A DNA stretch of 64,000 nucleotides. Origin: Octopus vulgaris (lineage: Eukaryota). The position numbers and the translations under genes were made by a program. The stretch lies in NCBI GenBank assembly GCA_951406725.2, contig OX597820.1:30566001-30630000 (forward strand). Direction: 5' to 3'. Below are positions 11,011-25,337 of the stretch, piece by piece (position 1 is the first letter of the stretch; every line of letters starts with the position of its first letter). Below the pieces are notes generated by a model. That model was not told the DNA's origin. It made no database searches and saw nothing but the letters and a program-made list of their open reading frames with translations.

Positions 11011-12009
11011 TGTACATACATATATATATATATATATATATACACATGTACATACACACATATATCTACGCCATCATCACCAATCATCATCGACATTTAA
11101 AGTCCATTTTCCATGCTGGCATGGGTTGGATAGGTTGACAGGGACAAGCAAGGCCAGGTGTTGCACCAGGTTACTTAGTCTGTTTTGGTTTGGCTTCTCT
11201 AACTGTTTACCCTTCTTAATGCTAACCACTTTACAGAGTGCACTGGGTTCTTTTTATGTGGTACCAACACCAGTGCTTTTTACGTGGCACATACGTATAT
11301 ATACATACATTCATATACACACACAGAGTGAGAGAGAAAGATAGAAAGATAAACAGATAGATTGGTAAATGGATAGATTTACATTTGTATGTATATTGTT
11401 GTTGTCATCATTGACATAACCATCATCATTACCATCATAATTTTTATGCCTACTTTCCATTCTTTCATGGAATGGATAGATTTTCTTCACTACATCTCTC
11501 CAACTGTTGCAGCCATTCATCATCTCATTTGTGAGGCATGGCATCTTTTGATCAGCTTTCACCATTTCTGCTTATGCCTTCTTTGGTCTTTTGCTTCCAC
11601 AAATTCCTTCCCCTTGGATAGCTTGGTATTTCTTTACTCAAATGTCATCCACCTCATATATCACATGTCTTCTCTATTACATGCTACATCTGATTCTTCT
11701 TATCCAGTTTCTCTTATAACTCATTTGTGTTTCTCGTTCATGCACTTACTCACTTGCTCAGGTTTTTTGGGCCTTCTTGAAACATAGACCATCAAAGATC
11801 TCCCTCTCCTCCATGTCCTGGCCTTTTCTTCTCCAATTGACCCCAGTCCATTTCAGTTTTTTCACTTCATTCTCCAGGTGACATCACTAGTGTTTTCTGA
11901 TCCTTTGACCATAATGTTCCACTTCAGAGACTGCCAAGTTATGTTGTATAAGGGGGCATCTGTTTCTGTATTATTCTTTCAACTTTTGACAAAAGTCAGA
12001 AATTTTTAG

Positions 12010-12170
12010 GGAAGGGAGAAGTCAATTACACAGGCTTCAGTACTCAACTGGTATTTATTATTATTAACTCCAAAAGGTATGAAAGGCAAGATGACCCTAG
12101 AAACATTTGAACTCAGAACATAAAGAGCTAGAAGAAATGCTGCTAAGCATTTTAACAGTTCTGCCACCTT
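12010..12170 (-). mobile_element. SINE family B, diverged
   Basis: GAAAGGCAAGATGACC...TTTGAACTCAGAAC...TGCTAAGCATTT. Confidence 0.6.
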
Positions 12171-12179
12171 GTCACCTTC

Positions 12180-12560
12180 TGTCTTTGAATTATATATCCA
12201 TTGTGATATTGGAGCCATTTTTAATTACCATCATGTCAAGAAATGGTAATTCTGTAGTCCTCAACCTCTCTGTAAATTTTAGAATTTGCTGTAAATTATT
12301 CAGAAAAATACAAAATTCTTAAGTGTCTACAGATTTTATGTTATCAAACAGTCATCCAAAAAAAGAATCCCATTACTGAATTTACATACATTGGGGTGAA
12401 CTTTGTTCCCATGGCTCGATCTCTAATTTGTGGATACTTTTCTCTATTGAAAAAGAATGTGTTATTCTTAAGGATACGACAAACGGAATCTAATATAAAG
12501 TCCATAGCAAATCCACAGGGAATCTCTTCCTACATTTTTCTTCGAAATATTTGATTACCA
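12180..12560 (-). mobile_element. Penelope-like (Neptune-type) reverse transcriptase remnant
   Basis: Hand translation gives AMGTKFTPMYVNSVMG (cf. AMGT..AP.YANL.MG), DDCLI and LKFT...ELPFLDMMV. Confidence 0.7.
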
Positions 12561-12825
12561 TTATTCCTAAATCATGTAGAATATTTGTGTGGAAGCTTAC
12601 TACGTCAAAAGTAATGAATTTTCTGTTACTTAGTTTTGATGTAGTAAAGTAATGATCATGATTACAGAGGTGGTAAAGACACAGGAGCTGTGAATAGAGG
12701 ATGGAAGATTTGGAATGATTGGAGTAGGAAGAAATGAAATTGAAACAAGAGAGGGAATTGATGTAGACAGATAGAGGCAGTTAGAAGATCAACAGAGACT
12801 ATATATATATACATATATATATATG

Positions 12826-12927
<102 letters not shown>

Positions 12928-13049
12928 CATGTATGCCCAAGGTTAACATAGGTAATTATACCGGTAGTAAAATGGATATTTTTATCCCTTAGACAGTTAT
13001 TCCAACCTCTAACTCTACTAACCTTGTGTAACCCTTCTGTCTGGCAGTC

Positions 13050-13245
13050 ACCATGATAGATTGGTAGCCACTACACACATTTCTTTTCTCTCCTTGTTTC
13101 TCTCCTTGTTTCTGTGTTCCTTTCTGTGGAAGAGCGTAGGCTTGAAACGTAAAAGACTTTTTCAATTCCCGAGCGTTATACTAATACATTTGTTTGTTGT
13201 CTACACCACCTGTCTTCGTCTCTTGTTTTTTTCTTGAATTCTCCC
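13050..13245 (+). mobile_element. Penelope-pLTR-like repeat with a minimal hammerhead-like motif (13120-13155)
   Basis: CTTT-CTGTGGA-A-GAGC-GTAG-GCTT-GAAA-CG-TA-AAAG, flanked on the right by (TA)n. Confidence 0.5.
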
Positions 13246-13727
13246 TATATATATATCTGTGTGTGTGTATGTATGTATGTATGTACGTACATATGTATAT
13301 ATGTGTATGTATTTGTATGTATGTATATACAGACATACAGACACACACTCATACACACTCACATACATACATACATACATACATACATACAAATAGATAC
13401 ACTGGAGTTGTGTGTTTCAGTAAAAATGAGAAATCATTATTCAGATCATAGTTTAGATAAATGACAGGGGAGACAGCAAAATGTTTAGATTTTAGGATCA
13501 AAATAAATTTTAGCATCAAAATACATGTGGAGAGAATATTGATTAAACATCAGATTTTTGAATCGAAGTTATACCAAAATTCATCTTAACAGCAGATTTA
13601 GTCTGAAAGAAAAGTTGCATAGAAATATGTGTTCCTTGTAATTAGTGAGACCAATACAGGCATTAAATCAACTAGAGGTGCTCATAGCATCACTGTTTAG
13701 CTTCAAGTTAGCCTTTATTAAGTAGAC

Positions 13728-13941
13728 CGGGCATGGGCAACCTTGTCCGAGAAGCAAGCTGTATGAGACATGGCTCATCATCAAGTGGGCTACAGATGCT
13801 AATTTATATTCGATCCCACATTTAAAAAAAAAAGAAAGGAGGTAACCACAATGCAACAGGCATTAATTAGGGAAGTTAGTCAGGCATGACTAACTTAATT
13901 ATTCCTCTTTGACACCAGCTTCTTGCCAACCTTTTTGAGAG

Positions 13942-14002
<61 letters not shown>

Positions 14003-14122
14003 ATGTGTAAGTGAACAAGTGAGAAGGAAAGGAGAGAAACAAAATTTGAATAAACGTTATTTTCCTCATGAAATTAGGCGGGCCATTCAGAAAGCATCAT
14101 AGGCTGCAGTTTGCCAAGATTG
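13728..14122. mobile_element. hAT (Charlie-like) MITE
   Basis: 8-bp TSD AAGTAGAC at 13720-13727 and 14123-14130. Termini CGGGCATGGGCAACC / GTTTGCCAAGATTG. Confidence 0.75.
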
Positions 14123-14300
14123 AAGTAGACCTTCATTCAAAACTTTTCTAGTCCTGACCATCTAATCTTTCTTTATATCTTCCATCTTTTACTTGTTTCA
14201 GGGATTGGACTATGACCACACTGAGGCACTGCCTTGAAGGGTTTAGGCAAACACATCAACCCCAGTAAGATTCTTTAAGCTAAGCTGTAGTTTAAATCAA

Positions 14301-14494
14301 TAGGCGCAGGAGTGGCTGTGTGGTAAGTAGCTTGCTTACCAACCACATGGTTTGAGGTTCATTTCCACTGTGTGGCACCTTGGGCAAGTGTCTTCTACTA
14401 TAGCCTCGGGCTGACCAAAGCCTTGTGAGAGGATTTGGCGGATGGAAACTGAAAGAAGCCCGTTGTATATATGTGTGTATATATATATATATAC

Positions 14495-14538
<44 letters not shown>

Positions 14539-14625
14539 ATGTGTGTGTGTCTGTGCTTGTCCCCCAACCATCACTTGACATCCTCGTAACATAGCAGTTC
14601 AGCAAAAGAGACTGATAGAATAAAA
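14301..14625 (+). mobile_element. SINE family A
   Basis: TAGGCGCAGGAGTGGCTGTGTGGTAAGTAGC head identical to the 3823 copy. Confidence 0.85.
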
Positions 14626-14727
14626 GAACCAAGGTCCATATGGCTCTTGGGGATCAATATAAGATTTTGTTGTTAAAATTTATGTGCAATAAACTGTTTA
14701 TATTTCTACAATTCACAAAATATTTAA

Positions 14728-14947
14728 CCCTTTAGCATTTAAACCAGCCATATCTAGCCAAAATATTCCATCTGTTTTATGTTCAAACTAACCTGATCCA
14801 ACCTCTCACACCTACCCTACAATGTTATTCTAAAAATAAACAATCGCATCCTTGAAATCCCAAGGATATGAGATAATGCATGATTAATTCAAAACAATGT
14901 GAATCAATAAGCATTACGTTTGATAGAATAACCTGAACACTAAAGGG
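14728..14947. mobile_element. piggyBac-type MITE
   Basis: TTAA-CCCTTTAGCATT...AACACTAAAGGG-TTAA (TTAA TSD, CCC/GGG termini). Confidence 0.8.
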
Positions 14948-14999
14948 TTAAACATTTCTGTTTATTTACAAATCAAATGGATATTGTAGTTGTGATACC

Positions 15000-15542
15000 A
15001 TTGCCGGTGACACATTGGGCCTCACAGAGGCAATGACAAAAGACAGAGACCTCTGAGATATGCTGTGACTGCGAAGACCCGACAAATGAAGTTAGTTCAT
15101 GGCTCGCAGGATGGCCTGCTGTGCTAACCTTGGATCATAGGGTGACTCACTGTGCTTGAGGAGACCTATTGAGTCAACATCAACATCAAAATATAAATCA
15201 AATGGAAATTGTAGTTATGATACCTGTGTCAGTGGCACATAAAAGGCACCGTCCGAACGTGGCCGATGCCAGTGCCGCTTGACTGGCGTTCGTATTGGTG
15301 ACACATAAAAAGCACCAACCGATCATGGCCGTTTGCCAGCCCCACTGGCCCCTGTGCCAGTGGCACATAAAAAGCACCCACTACATTCACGGAGCGGTTG
15401 GTGTTGGGAAGGGCATCCAGCTATAGAAACACTGCCAGGTCAGACTGAAGCTTGGTGCAGTCTCCTGGATTTCCAGACCCTGGTCAAACCGTCGAACCAT
15501 CCAACCCATGCTAGCATGGAAAATGGACATTAAATGATGATG
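15000..15542 (+). mobile_element. RTE 3' UTR copy (family C) with palindromic unit array
   Basis: GGGCCTCACAGAGGCAATGAC, repeated GGTGGCAC(A/G)TAAAA units, and ...CATGCTAGCATGG-GATGATGA. Confidence 0.8.
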
Positions 15543-15793
15543 AATTCCAAATAATATTTAATCATAAAAATATAACAGGAGTTTTTAAACACCAGATGGT
15601 TATGAGGGTCCCACCCACTAAGTGAAATAGGAATCAAGGGGGTCCATAGGCAAAATATGATTGAGAACCACTGTGTTAAACTGATAATATTGATGTTGGG
15701 TGGTTCATTCTGCCAAAAAGGTATGCATAGGTTGTAGTTAATTTTTTTATTAACTGATTGGTTTGTCAGCCTTTTGTTATACTTCTGTAGCTT

Positions 15794-15992
15794 CTGAAGG
15801 CAGCGTTACGTTGTTTCGTCTGCTGTTACGTTGTGAGTTCAAATTCCGCTGAGGTTGACTTTGCATTTCATCCTTTCGAGGTCGATAAATTAAGTACAAG
15901 TTACGCACTGGGTCGATGCAATCGACTTAATCGCTTTGTCTGTCCTTGTTTGTCCTCTCTATGTTTAGCCCCTTGTGGGCAATAAAGAAATA
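15794..15992 (+). mobile_element. SINE family B with 16-bp TSD
   Basis: TSD TATACTTCTGTAGCTT at 15778-15793 and 15993-16008. Confidence 0.85.
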
Positions 15993-16104
15993 TATACTTC
16001 TGTAGCTTTTTCAACAAGTTCTCCTTGACTGCTGGTTTTCCAGATGTTTGGTCTTTATATATTGGTGATGGCGACGATGAACATGATAGTATGGTGGTGG
16101 TAAT

Positions 16105-16445
16105 CATCATCATCATCATCATCGTTTAACGTCCGTTCTCCATGCTAGCATGGGTTGGACGGTTCGACCAGGGATCTGGGAAGCCAGAAGGCTGCACCAG
16201 GCTCCAGTCTTATCTGGCAATGTTTCTACAGCTGGATGCCCTTCCCTAACACCAACCACTCCGTGAGTGTAGTGGGTGCTTTTTATGTGCCACCTGCACA
16301 GGTGCCAGGCGAGGCTGGCAACGGCCACGGTCGGATTGGTGTATTTTATGTGCCACCGGCACGGAAGCCAGTCGAGGCGGTGCTGGCATCGGCCACGAGT
16401 CGGATAGTGCTTTTTACGTACCACCAGACCAGGGATCCTGGCTGG
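16105..16445 (-). mobile_element. RTE 3' UTR copy (family C)
   Basis: (CAT)n tail, GGATGCCCTTCC motif, and 3 GTGCCACC-type units. Confidence 0.8.
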
Positions 16446-16759
16446 TTCAATGTCTTAGTAAATCATACATATGAATGTGCGAGTGTGTTTATTGTTATTC
16501 TTCACTTCTAAGTCAATCCTGATCAAGCAGACACATGATCTCAGGCACTTCAGACTATGACCATCCGGTTGTATTTTTTATGTGTCAGGAATGCAGGACT
16601 ACATTATCATGATATGCCTTCTTCCAAGACACCATTCTTGTTTGGTGTGCCTCTATCTGTATGTGTGTATGTATATGTGTGTGAGTGTGTGTTTACACAT
16701 GTGCATGTGTTTATGTGTGTATGTGTGTATGTACGTAAGAACGTATATATCTTATCTTT

Positions 16760-17155
16760 TATCTTTTACTTGTTTCAGTCATTAGACTGCGTGGCCACGC
16801 TGGAGCATCACCTTGAAGAATTTTAGTCAACCAAATCAACACCAGTACATATTTTATTAGTTTCTTCTGCTGAACAGCTAAGTTACAGGGATATAAAAAC
16901 TTCAACACCAATTATCAAGCAGTGGTGAGGGATAAACACACACACACACACACACACACATGCACACACACACATGCACACATGCACACACACACACACA
17001 CACACACATACACATAATGAGTTTCTTTCAGTCTACTAAATCCACTCACAAGACACTGGTCGGCACAAAGCTATAGTAGAAGGCACTTGCCCAAGGTGCC
17101 ATGCAGTGGGACTAAACCTGGAACCATGTGGTTGGGAAGCAAACTTCTTAACACA
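16760..17155 (-). mobile_element. SINE family A (minus)
   Basis: TCTTTTACTTGTTTCAGTCATT...CACTTGCCCAAGGTGCCATGCAGTGGGACT. Confidence 0.8.
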
Positions 17156-17269
17156 CAATGTATTTTTTTTATTTATCAACAAAGGTTACAGAGTGACTCA
17201 GGAGTCAAGTGTTTCATGCATTGGCACTTGAGTTACTCTGTAACTTCTGCTGATTAATAAAAAGAAATA

Positions 17270-17680
17270 TAGGCGTGGGAATGTGGTAAGAAGCTTGCTT
17301 CTCAACCACATGGTTCTGGGTTCAGTCCCACTGCATGGCACCTTGAGCAAATGTCTTCTGCTATAGCTTCTGGCCAATCAAAGCCTTGTGAGTGGATTTG
17401 GTAGATGGAAACTGAAAGAAGGCCATCGTATACACACACACACACACATATATATATGTATATATATATACATATATTTGTGTGTGTGTCTATGTTTGTC
17501 CCCCCAACATTGCTTGACAACCAATGTTGGTGTGTTTATGTCTCTGTAACTTAGTGGCTCAGCAAAAGAGACTAATAGAATAAGTACTAGGCTTACAAAG
17601 AATGAGTCCTGGGTTCGATTTGTTCAACTAAAGGTGCTGCTTCAGCATGGCCACAGTCAAATGACTGAAACAAGTAAAAG
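17270..17680 (+). mobile_element. SINE family A (plus), head-to-head with the previous copy
   Basis: GGTTCAGTCCCACTGC...GAAACAAGTAAAAG. Confidence 0.85.
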
Positions 17681-18394
17681 AAGAATACACATGTTTCGAG
17701 TTCTATTTTCCTGTTTCACATCATCATCACCACCACCATCATTATCCTCATTGTCATCATTTAGCGTCTGCTTTCCATGCTGGCATGGGTTAGAAGGTTT
17801 TACTGAAGCTGGTAAGCTGGAGAGCTGTACCAGGTTCCAATTTGATTTGGGGTGGTTTCTATGGTTGGATGCCCTTCCTAACACCAACCACTCCATGAGT
17901 GTAATGGGTTTTTTTTTTTTACATGCCACCAGCATTGGCCATTGTTAAATCCTTTGTGGCTATATTTCACACAAAAACACGGCCAACAATTTCAGGGAGA
18001 GCTTAACTCAATTGCGTTAACCCCAGCATTCATCTGGTACTTATTTTATCAACCCTGAAAGAATGAAAGGCAAAGTCAACCTCAGCTAAACTTGAACTCA
18101 GAATGTCATGACACGAAATGCTGCTGAGCATTTTCCCCAGTATGCTAATGATTCTACTAACTCACTGCCCTACCAAACCTAATATGTTAATGTATGTATG
18201 TGTGTATGTGTGTATGTATGTGTCTGTGCATGTGAGTGTCAATATGTGTGCATGCAAGTGTGTATGTGTGTGTGTTTGCATTTGTGCTACTTTGAAAATC
18301 ACTCAGCTACATGTGGTGACATTGCTGTTATTTCTCCCCTGATAAAATGTTAATCACTGGCATTGCATATTCAAAGATGTGGGAAATAAAAGAT

Positions 18395-18703
18395 CCCGTG
18401 CCGGTGGCATGTAAAAAGTACCATCTGAACGTGGTCGATACCAACGCTGCCTGACTGGCATCCGTGTCGGTGACACGTAAAATAAGCACCAACCAATCGT
18501 GGCCATTTGCCAGCCTCCTCTGGCCCCTGTGCCAGTGGCACGTAAAAAGCACCCACTACACTCACGGAGTGGTTGGCATTAGGAAGGGCATCCAGCTGTA
18601 GAAACACTGCCAGAACAGACTGGAGCCTGGCGCAGCCTCCTGGCTTCCCAGACCCCGGTCGAACCGTCCAACCCATGCTAGCATGGAAAATGGACATTAA
18701 ACA

Positions 18704-18737
<34 letters not shown>
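18395..18737 (+). mobile_element. RTE 3' UTR copy (family C)
   Basis: GTGCCGGTGGCATGTAAAA units followed by a (GAT)n tail. Confidence 0.8.
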
Positions 18738-18740
<3 letters not shown>

Positions 18741-19132
18741 ACTTGAAAAACGGGTAATGTTTAGTGACAGAAAGAGCATCTGGCAGTTAAGCAATTCCTC
18801 AATAATACATTTATCTAATTCATGCTTGCATGGAAACACAAGCATAAAAATGAATAAAAAAATTAAAACACACACATGTGCATGCACACACACACTCACG
18901 CAAACACACAAACAAATAAACAAAACACACACAAACATACATATACATATATGACATATATATGCATAAATACGTATATGCTAATTATTGATTCATTTAC
19001 AGCTGACACTTTGCGGTGAGACTAGTGAGAATTTCTTTTGCATTTGTTCATGTGAACATTTTCTGTGAAATAAGAACACGTGTGTATAAGTATATATGGT
19101 TATGTATATGAGCATGTGTGCGTGTGTATGTA

Positions 19133-19163
<31 letters not shown>

Positions 19164-19264
19164 CACACACACACAAATAAAAAAAATATATATATATATA
19201 TGTATATATGTGTATATATATCATCATCATCATCATCGTTTAGCGTCTGTTTTCCATGCTAGCA

Positions 19265-19311
<47 letters not shown>

Positions 19312-19335
19312 AATACATATATCTTTGTGTGTGTT

Positions 19336-19387
<52 letters not shown>

Positions 19388-20741
19388 ATATACATATACA
19401 TATATACATATATACATACACACACACATATAAATATACATTATACATCTATCTAGCTATACTTATTAATCAACATATATATACATACATACATAAATAC
19501 ATACATAATACATACATACATACATACATAGCATACATACATACATACATACATACATGCATACAATATAGAAGAAGGTCGCTATAACATTGCCTGCAGG
19601 ACACACACACACATACATACATAAATGTGTGTGTATGTGTGTGTGTGCTTGTTTGTGCATATGTTTCCCTGCATGGATGTGAATATACACATATTGTATT
19701 TATGATTTTCACAAAGAAGCCATAAGTTGTATAAACTGGATTTGCAAACAAAATTGCATGCTGGCACTACAATCCTCATCACGTTCCGCTCACAGTAACA
19801 GGAAATAAATTAGTAAATTTCAAGCTAAGGAGAGAATCCTCCATATAGTTACTTGATCAGCTAGAAATAGCAGTCAAATTTCAAAAGAACTATTTTTGAT
19901 AATATGGTTCAATATAAACTGAGAAAGGCAGGATGGTCATGGCAGAAATGCTTTTGATTATAGAAATAGCCAGAAGGGCTGATCTAGTGCTATGGAAAGA
20001 AGTGGTGAGGACTGATCTGAAGAGGCAGAATGTCATGTAAAAGATGATAAAGGACTGTGTGACAGGTGGTGAAATGCTGTACGGGGTGCGGGGAAATACC
20101 TTCCAAACTGACATCAGCATGGAGAAATAAAGAAAACAATAAATGAATAAACAAATAATTGCAATGAAGAATCGACCACCGCCTCTTCCCCCCATCTTTG
20201 TCCTCATCACCATCATCATTATCATCAGAGATTTGTTAGCATCCTCCTCCTCCACTTCCGCCTTCTCATTGTCATCATCAATTCATTACCATCATCCTCC
20301 TTCACATTTTCATAGTTGTCGTTGTCCTCCTCCTCTTCCTCCTCCTCCCCTCCCCTCCTCCTCCTCACTATCATCATCAATTCATTACCATCCTCCTCCT
20401 TCAATTCCTCCCTCCTATCATCATCATCATCATCATCATCATCAATTCACCAGCACCACCATCTCTATCACCCACACTACCCCCTCCACCACCACCATCA
20501 TTGTTTTAGTATCCACTTTTCCACGCATTTGCATGGGTCAGATGGAATTTGTTGAGATTCATTTTTTTTTTGATAGCTGGATGCCTTCCTCATCACCAAC
20601 TCTCATCTATTTCCAAGCCTGTTCCCCTTGGCCAGACATGTTTCCATGAAGGACTGGAAATGAAGGACATCGCTTGCATGACAATGATATTTGTTTACAA
20701 CTGTCACATGATGCCAAAATGACATACAGCTGCACATGCAT

Positions 20742-20808
<67 letters not shown>

Positions 20809-21553
20809 TATTTGAAGGGTTTCTTTCAGTTTCCAACTACCACTCAGGGCTTTGGTTGGCCCATTGCTATTATTGAAGACATTTGCCCAAGGTACCATGT
20901 AGTGGGATTGAACCCAAAACCACAGCGCTGGGAAGTGATCTTCTTAACTATACAATCATGTCTGCACTTGGGATGTTTGATATCTAAATTTAGGTTTCTT
21001 TCACAAATTTGCTCATGGCACCCTATCTCTGTCCTATCCCAACGCTTGTATAACAACAGATGGCAGCACATTGTGGCTCTATCTATATTTAACCCCCCTT
21101 TCCACCTCTACTTGTATTGCTATCCATCACCTTTTCTTTCTCTCTGTCTCTGTCTCTGTCTCTCTCCTCTCTCTCTCCTCTCTCTCTATTCACTTTGTTC
21201 CTATCTCTCTCTCACATCAACCAACCATCAGGTAACCATCTCATATGTAATTACTCAGTGTGTGCATGCGTGTGTGTATGTGTGTGTGTGCATATATATA
21301 TATATGTATATGTATATTTAGTAAGCGAGTTGGGATATATAATGTAGGCATTTACTTCATGAATCACTTCTATGTATAGTGCCTATCTGAAGATTGAAAG
21401 GGGAAGCTCCCTTATGAAGCTACAGCTCCAATAAACAAAAAAATCCACAAATCACTCACAGCTTATATAATAAAAGCATTGAAGAATGGAGTTTGCAATG
21501 TTGCTAATTTTAATCTTCAATGTTTTTTATCACACACATTCACATGCATGCAT

Positions 21554-21596
<43 letters not shown>

Positions 21597-21616
21597 TACA
21601 TCTATATATGTATGCA

Positions 21617-21665
<49 letters not shown>

Positions 21666-21876
21666 CCTCTCACTCTCTCTCGGAGAGGCACAAGCTCCTG
21701 CACACACATATACTCATGCGGCAGTAACTTCCACCTACCAAATTCAATCACAAAGCTTCGGTCGGCTCGGGGTTATAGCAGAAGACACTTGCCCAAGATG
21801 CCACGCGGTGGGACTGAACTCGAAACCATGTAGCTGGGAAGCAAACTTCCTAACCACACAGCCATGGCCACACCTA

Positions 21877-21937
<61 letters not shown>

Positions 21938-22539
21938 GTATATATGTATATATGTGTATATGTATGTATATATGTCAGGTCACTTATGAGGCTCTCACAA
22001 GTGCTACTGGTAACATGGAATACAGTACAACCTGTTGTATGGTTGGGTTGTCAGTGACTAAACCAGCATCCCCACCAGGCTACCCTGGTGAGGAGGGTTG
22101 GGTGAATCTAGTGCAGGCCCAACAACTATCCAGCAATAGCACAGTTATGCAGAAATTCTGGGATAGTGTCTGGTGTACTAGAAGACCACTAGGAGTGAGG
22201 CATCCCTCAGCTTCTGTTGAAGCATGTCTCTAGGAGATGGTCACTCTGATATAAAACCAGATATGCAGGGAATGGCACTGGACATTTTGGAGATCTTTGG
22301 TTTGTGCTAGAGATCATATTGGCACCAGACATCTCACTCTGGCTTGTCTCTAGATAATGTCAATAAAATGGAGTGGGTCTATGAGATGTCGTGAAAGCCT
22401 TATTGGACCTAAAACTCCGCAGAGGAATTGCTGACTTCTGCTCAATATATGCTGCTTTTTTCTTTTTACCCCTGTATATATTTACTTTATTTTTAGTATA
22501 TATTTATTTATTTTTTGTATATATTTATTCTATTTTTAT

Positions 22540-24780
22540 TTAGAAGTCCTGCAATGATGGGAAGGTGGTGAAGCATGCAGACCTGACAGGTTGGAAGCAT
22601 GTAGTCAGCAAACTGCATATAGACAGTCCATGCTAGATATAAAGTAGACTCCTTATTGCCCAAGACAGCGATAGGATTTAGTTGCATGGGTATCTGAGCA
22701 GCATGGGTATCTGAGCAGCTCCATTTGGAGAGGGCACTGCTCACCTGGAGGCTGGGGAGGGTCTAGAAAAGGTGAACCAAAAGTTGCCTGTTTTTCTATA
22801 TCTGGTCAGTTTAGCACGACTGATGGATGTCCACCTTTCACTCGAAAAACAAAGAGACTTTTTTTACAAAATCTGGATGGAATTTGAACATTTCATATTG
22901 GAATGTGTTCACTCTGTTGGATAACAAGAGTAATTGTAGGCCTGAAGGATGCACTGCACTTGTTGCTCATGAGCTGAACTGCTATAACATTGATATAGCT
23001 GCACTTTCAGATACTTTTATAGAAGGTGATGGTCTGCTTGAGGAAATAGGAGGTAGATACACCTTTTTTTGGAAGGGGTGGCTGAAGGAAGAATGCAGAG
23101 AGGCTGGTGTTGGCTTTGCAGTTTGATCTGATATTCTTAAGAAGTTGGAGAAGCTTCCTGTTCCTATAAATGAACATCGAATGCACCTGAAGAGTGGGAG
23201 GTTTGCTACTCTAATAAGTGCCTATGCACCTACTTTGACTAGTTGTGATGAAGATAAAATTATTTTTTATACCTGGCTGAGAGCCATACTTATGAAAATC
23301 CCCAATTCTGATAAAGTCATTCCACTGGATAGATCACAATCTGGTGTGAGCAAAGTTCCAGATGATGATTCAAGTGAAAGAGAGAAGAGAGCTAGTTGGC
23401 ATTTCTTGGCGTCTGAATGTCCACAAGATATATGATGCTGTGTTGAAAGAGCTTCAGACTCGCATGTCCAGCACTGAAAATACTACAGTATGGGAAGATT
23501 TGTGAGACCAGGTTCTTCAATGTGCTGCTGAAACACTGGGATATGCTACTGCCAGACACAGAGACCAGTTTGATGAAAATGATGCTGAAGTTCAGCGACA
23601 ATTTGTTGTAGTGTGCCATGCCCACAATGTATTGCTGTACAGGATTTTCAGCTGTGCAGCGAAATCTAGCACTTTCCCACTATAGCAGTGTAAAATCACT
23701 ACTGCAGCAATCTCTCAGGAAGATGCAGAACACTTAGTGGGAAGATTTTGCTCATAATGTTCAGGCTGCTGCTGATGCAAAAGACAGCAAGAAGCTTTGC
23801 CATCTTATGAAGTAAGTTTATGGGCCTAAGAGCTCTGCTTCTTTGCTTTCAAAAGAGTCTTCTACTCTATTTACTAAATCAGCAGAAATCACAGGTCGCT
23901 GGATTGAACACTTTTCTGAAGTCCTAAACCATAAGTCAGTTGTGGATAAAACAGTGGTTGATACTATGCAAACTTCTTATCACACAGCCCATATATATGT
24001 ATGTATGTACACACACACACACACACATGTGTTATTGATCACTTATCCATGAGTTAAAACAAGCACACTCTAAGAGAGAATCTGAACAGTTATACTTTTA
24101 TATTGTTGAGTAGTATATTCTTGTGATCAGTTATAAACCACATCCAGGAATATACAAGCTGTCAATATAAAGCAATGATTCTGAAAAACCATCGAATGGC
24201 GGATGAACACACGACCAAACATCTGTTTTATGGTGAGCTTGCAACGGGGAAATACTATCAATGTAAACCTAAAAAAAAGGTTTAAAGATGGCATAAGGAC
24301 TACCACGAAGTCACTTGGAATGGATCCAGAGGACATAGAAACCCTTGCTTCAGACTGAGCTGGATGTGAACAAAAGTGTAAAGGCCACAATAACATATGC
24401 AAGAGAGATTTAAAGAAGAATGTTACGACTGGGAAGGTGAATCACAATGGCCTGTTTGTGTGTACAGTTTGTGACAGACCATGTTTTTTTTTTTTTGCTG
24501 GGCTCAAATCTCATTTGTGAACCCATGGAAAATGAACCTCCACTAACTATTCTGCCTATATGTCTGTGCACACCTTTGAATACAATGTATGCCAGAAGGC
24601 CCGCAAATCTAACGGAGGCCTCAAAAGACATTTTAAGATCCACAAAGGTCAGAACTTAACTGCAGCTCTTGGTGGTTCAAACTGGATATGCAATTTATGT
24701 GGATGTCTTTTTAAAACATTGTCTGGTTTAAAAAGCTTCATAACATGCCAAGGAGGTGGTAAGACTCTGCATAAAGAGTA
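22540..24780 (+). mobile_element. Decayed RTE-clade LINE: APE endonuclease, internal RT deletion, C-terminal C2H2 fingers
   Basis: WNVFTLLD...RPEGCTALVAHELNCYNIDIAALSDT...YTFFWKG...GVGFAV; LISAYAPTL; RWIEHFSEVLN; HLFYGEL..G...KPKKRFKD; three zinc-finger-like motifs at 24460-24740. Confidence 0.85.
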
Positions 24781-24975
24781 GACCACCACCACCACCACCA
24801 TATATATATATATACATACACACACAGTATGTATATGTGTGTGTGTGTATATATATACATATATATGTGTGTGTGTATGTATTTGTATATATGTATACAC
24901 ACACATACTTATGTTGTACTAATAAATGCTTCCAGTTACACTCTGTTTTCCGTATTAATCTTTTAATATATATAT

Positions 24976-25241
<266 letters not shown>

Positions 25242-25302
25242 TTCGTTTCAGCACACGATCTCAGATCAAATTATTTGCTATGCGAGAACATCTCCGTAAT
25301 AT

Positions 25303-25337
<35 letters not shown>

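Noticed and set aside
19003-19015. Plus-strand mini-exon tttacag|CTGACACTTTGCG|gtgaga
   Set aside because: It is 13 nt (frame-shifting), on the opposite strand to the other candidates, and such signals arise by chance.
20143-20649. Pro/His/Ser-rich 168-aa ORF
   Set aside because: It consists of (CCT)n/(CAT)n low complexity joined to a decayed retroposon tail.
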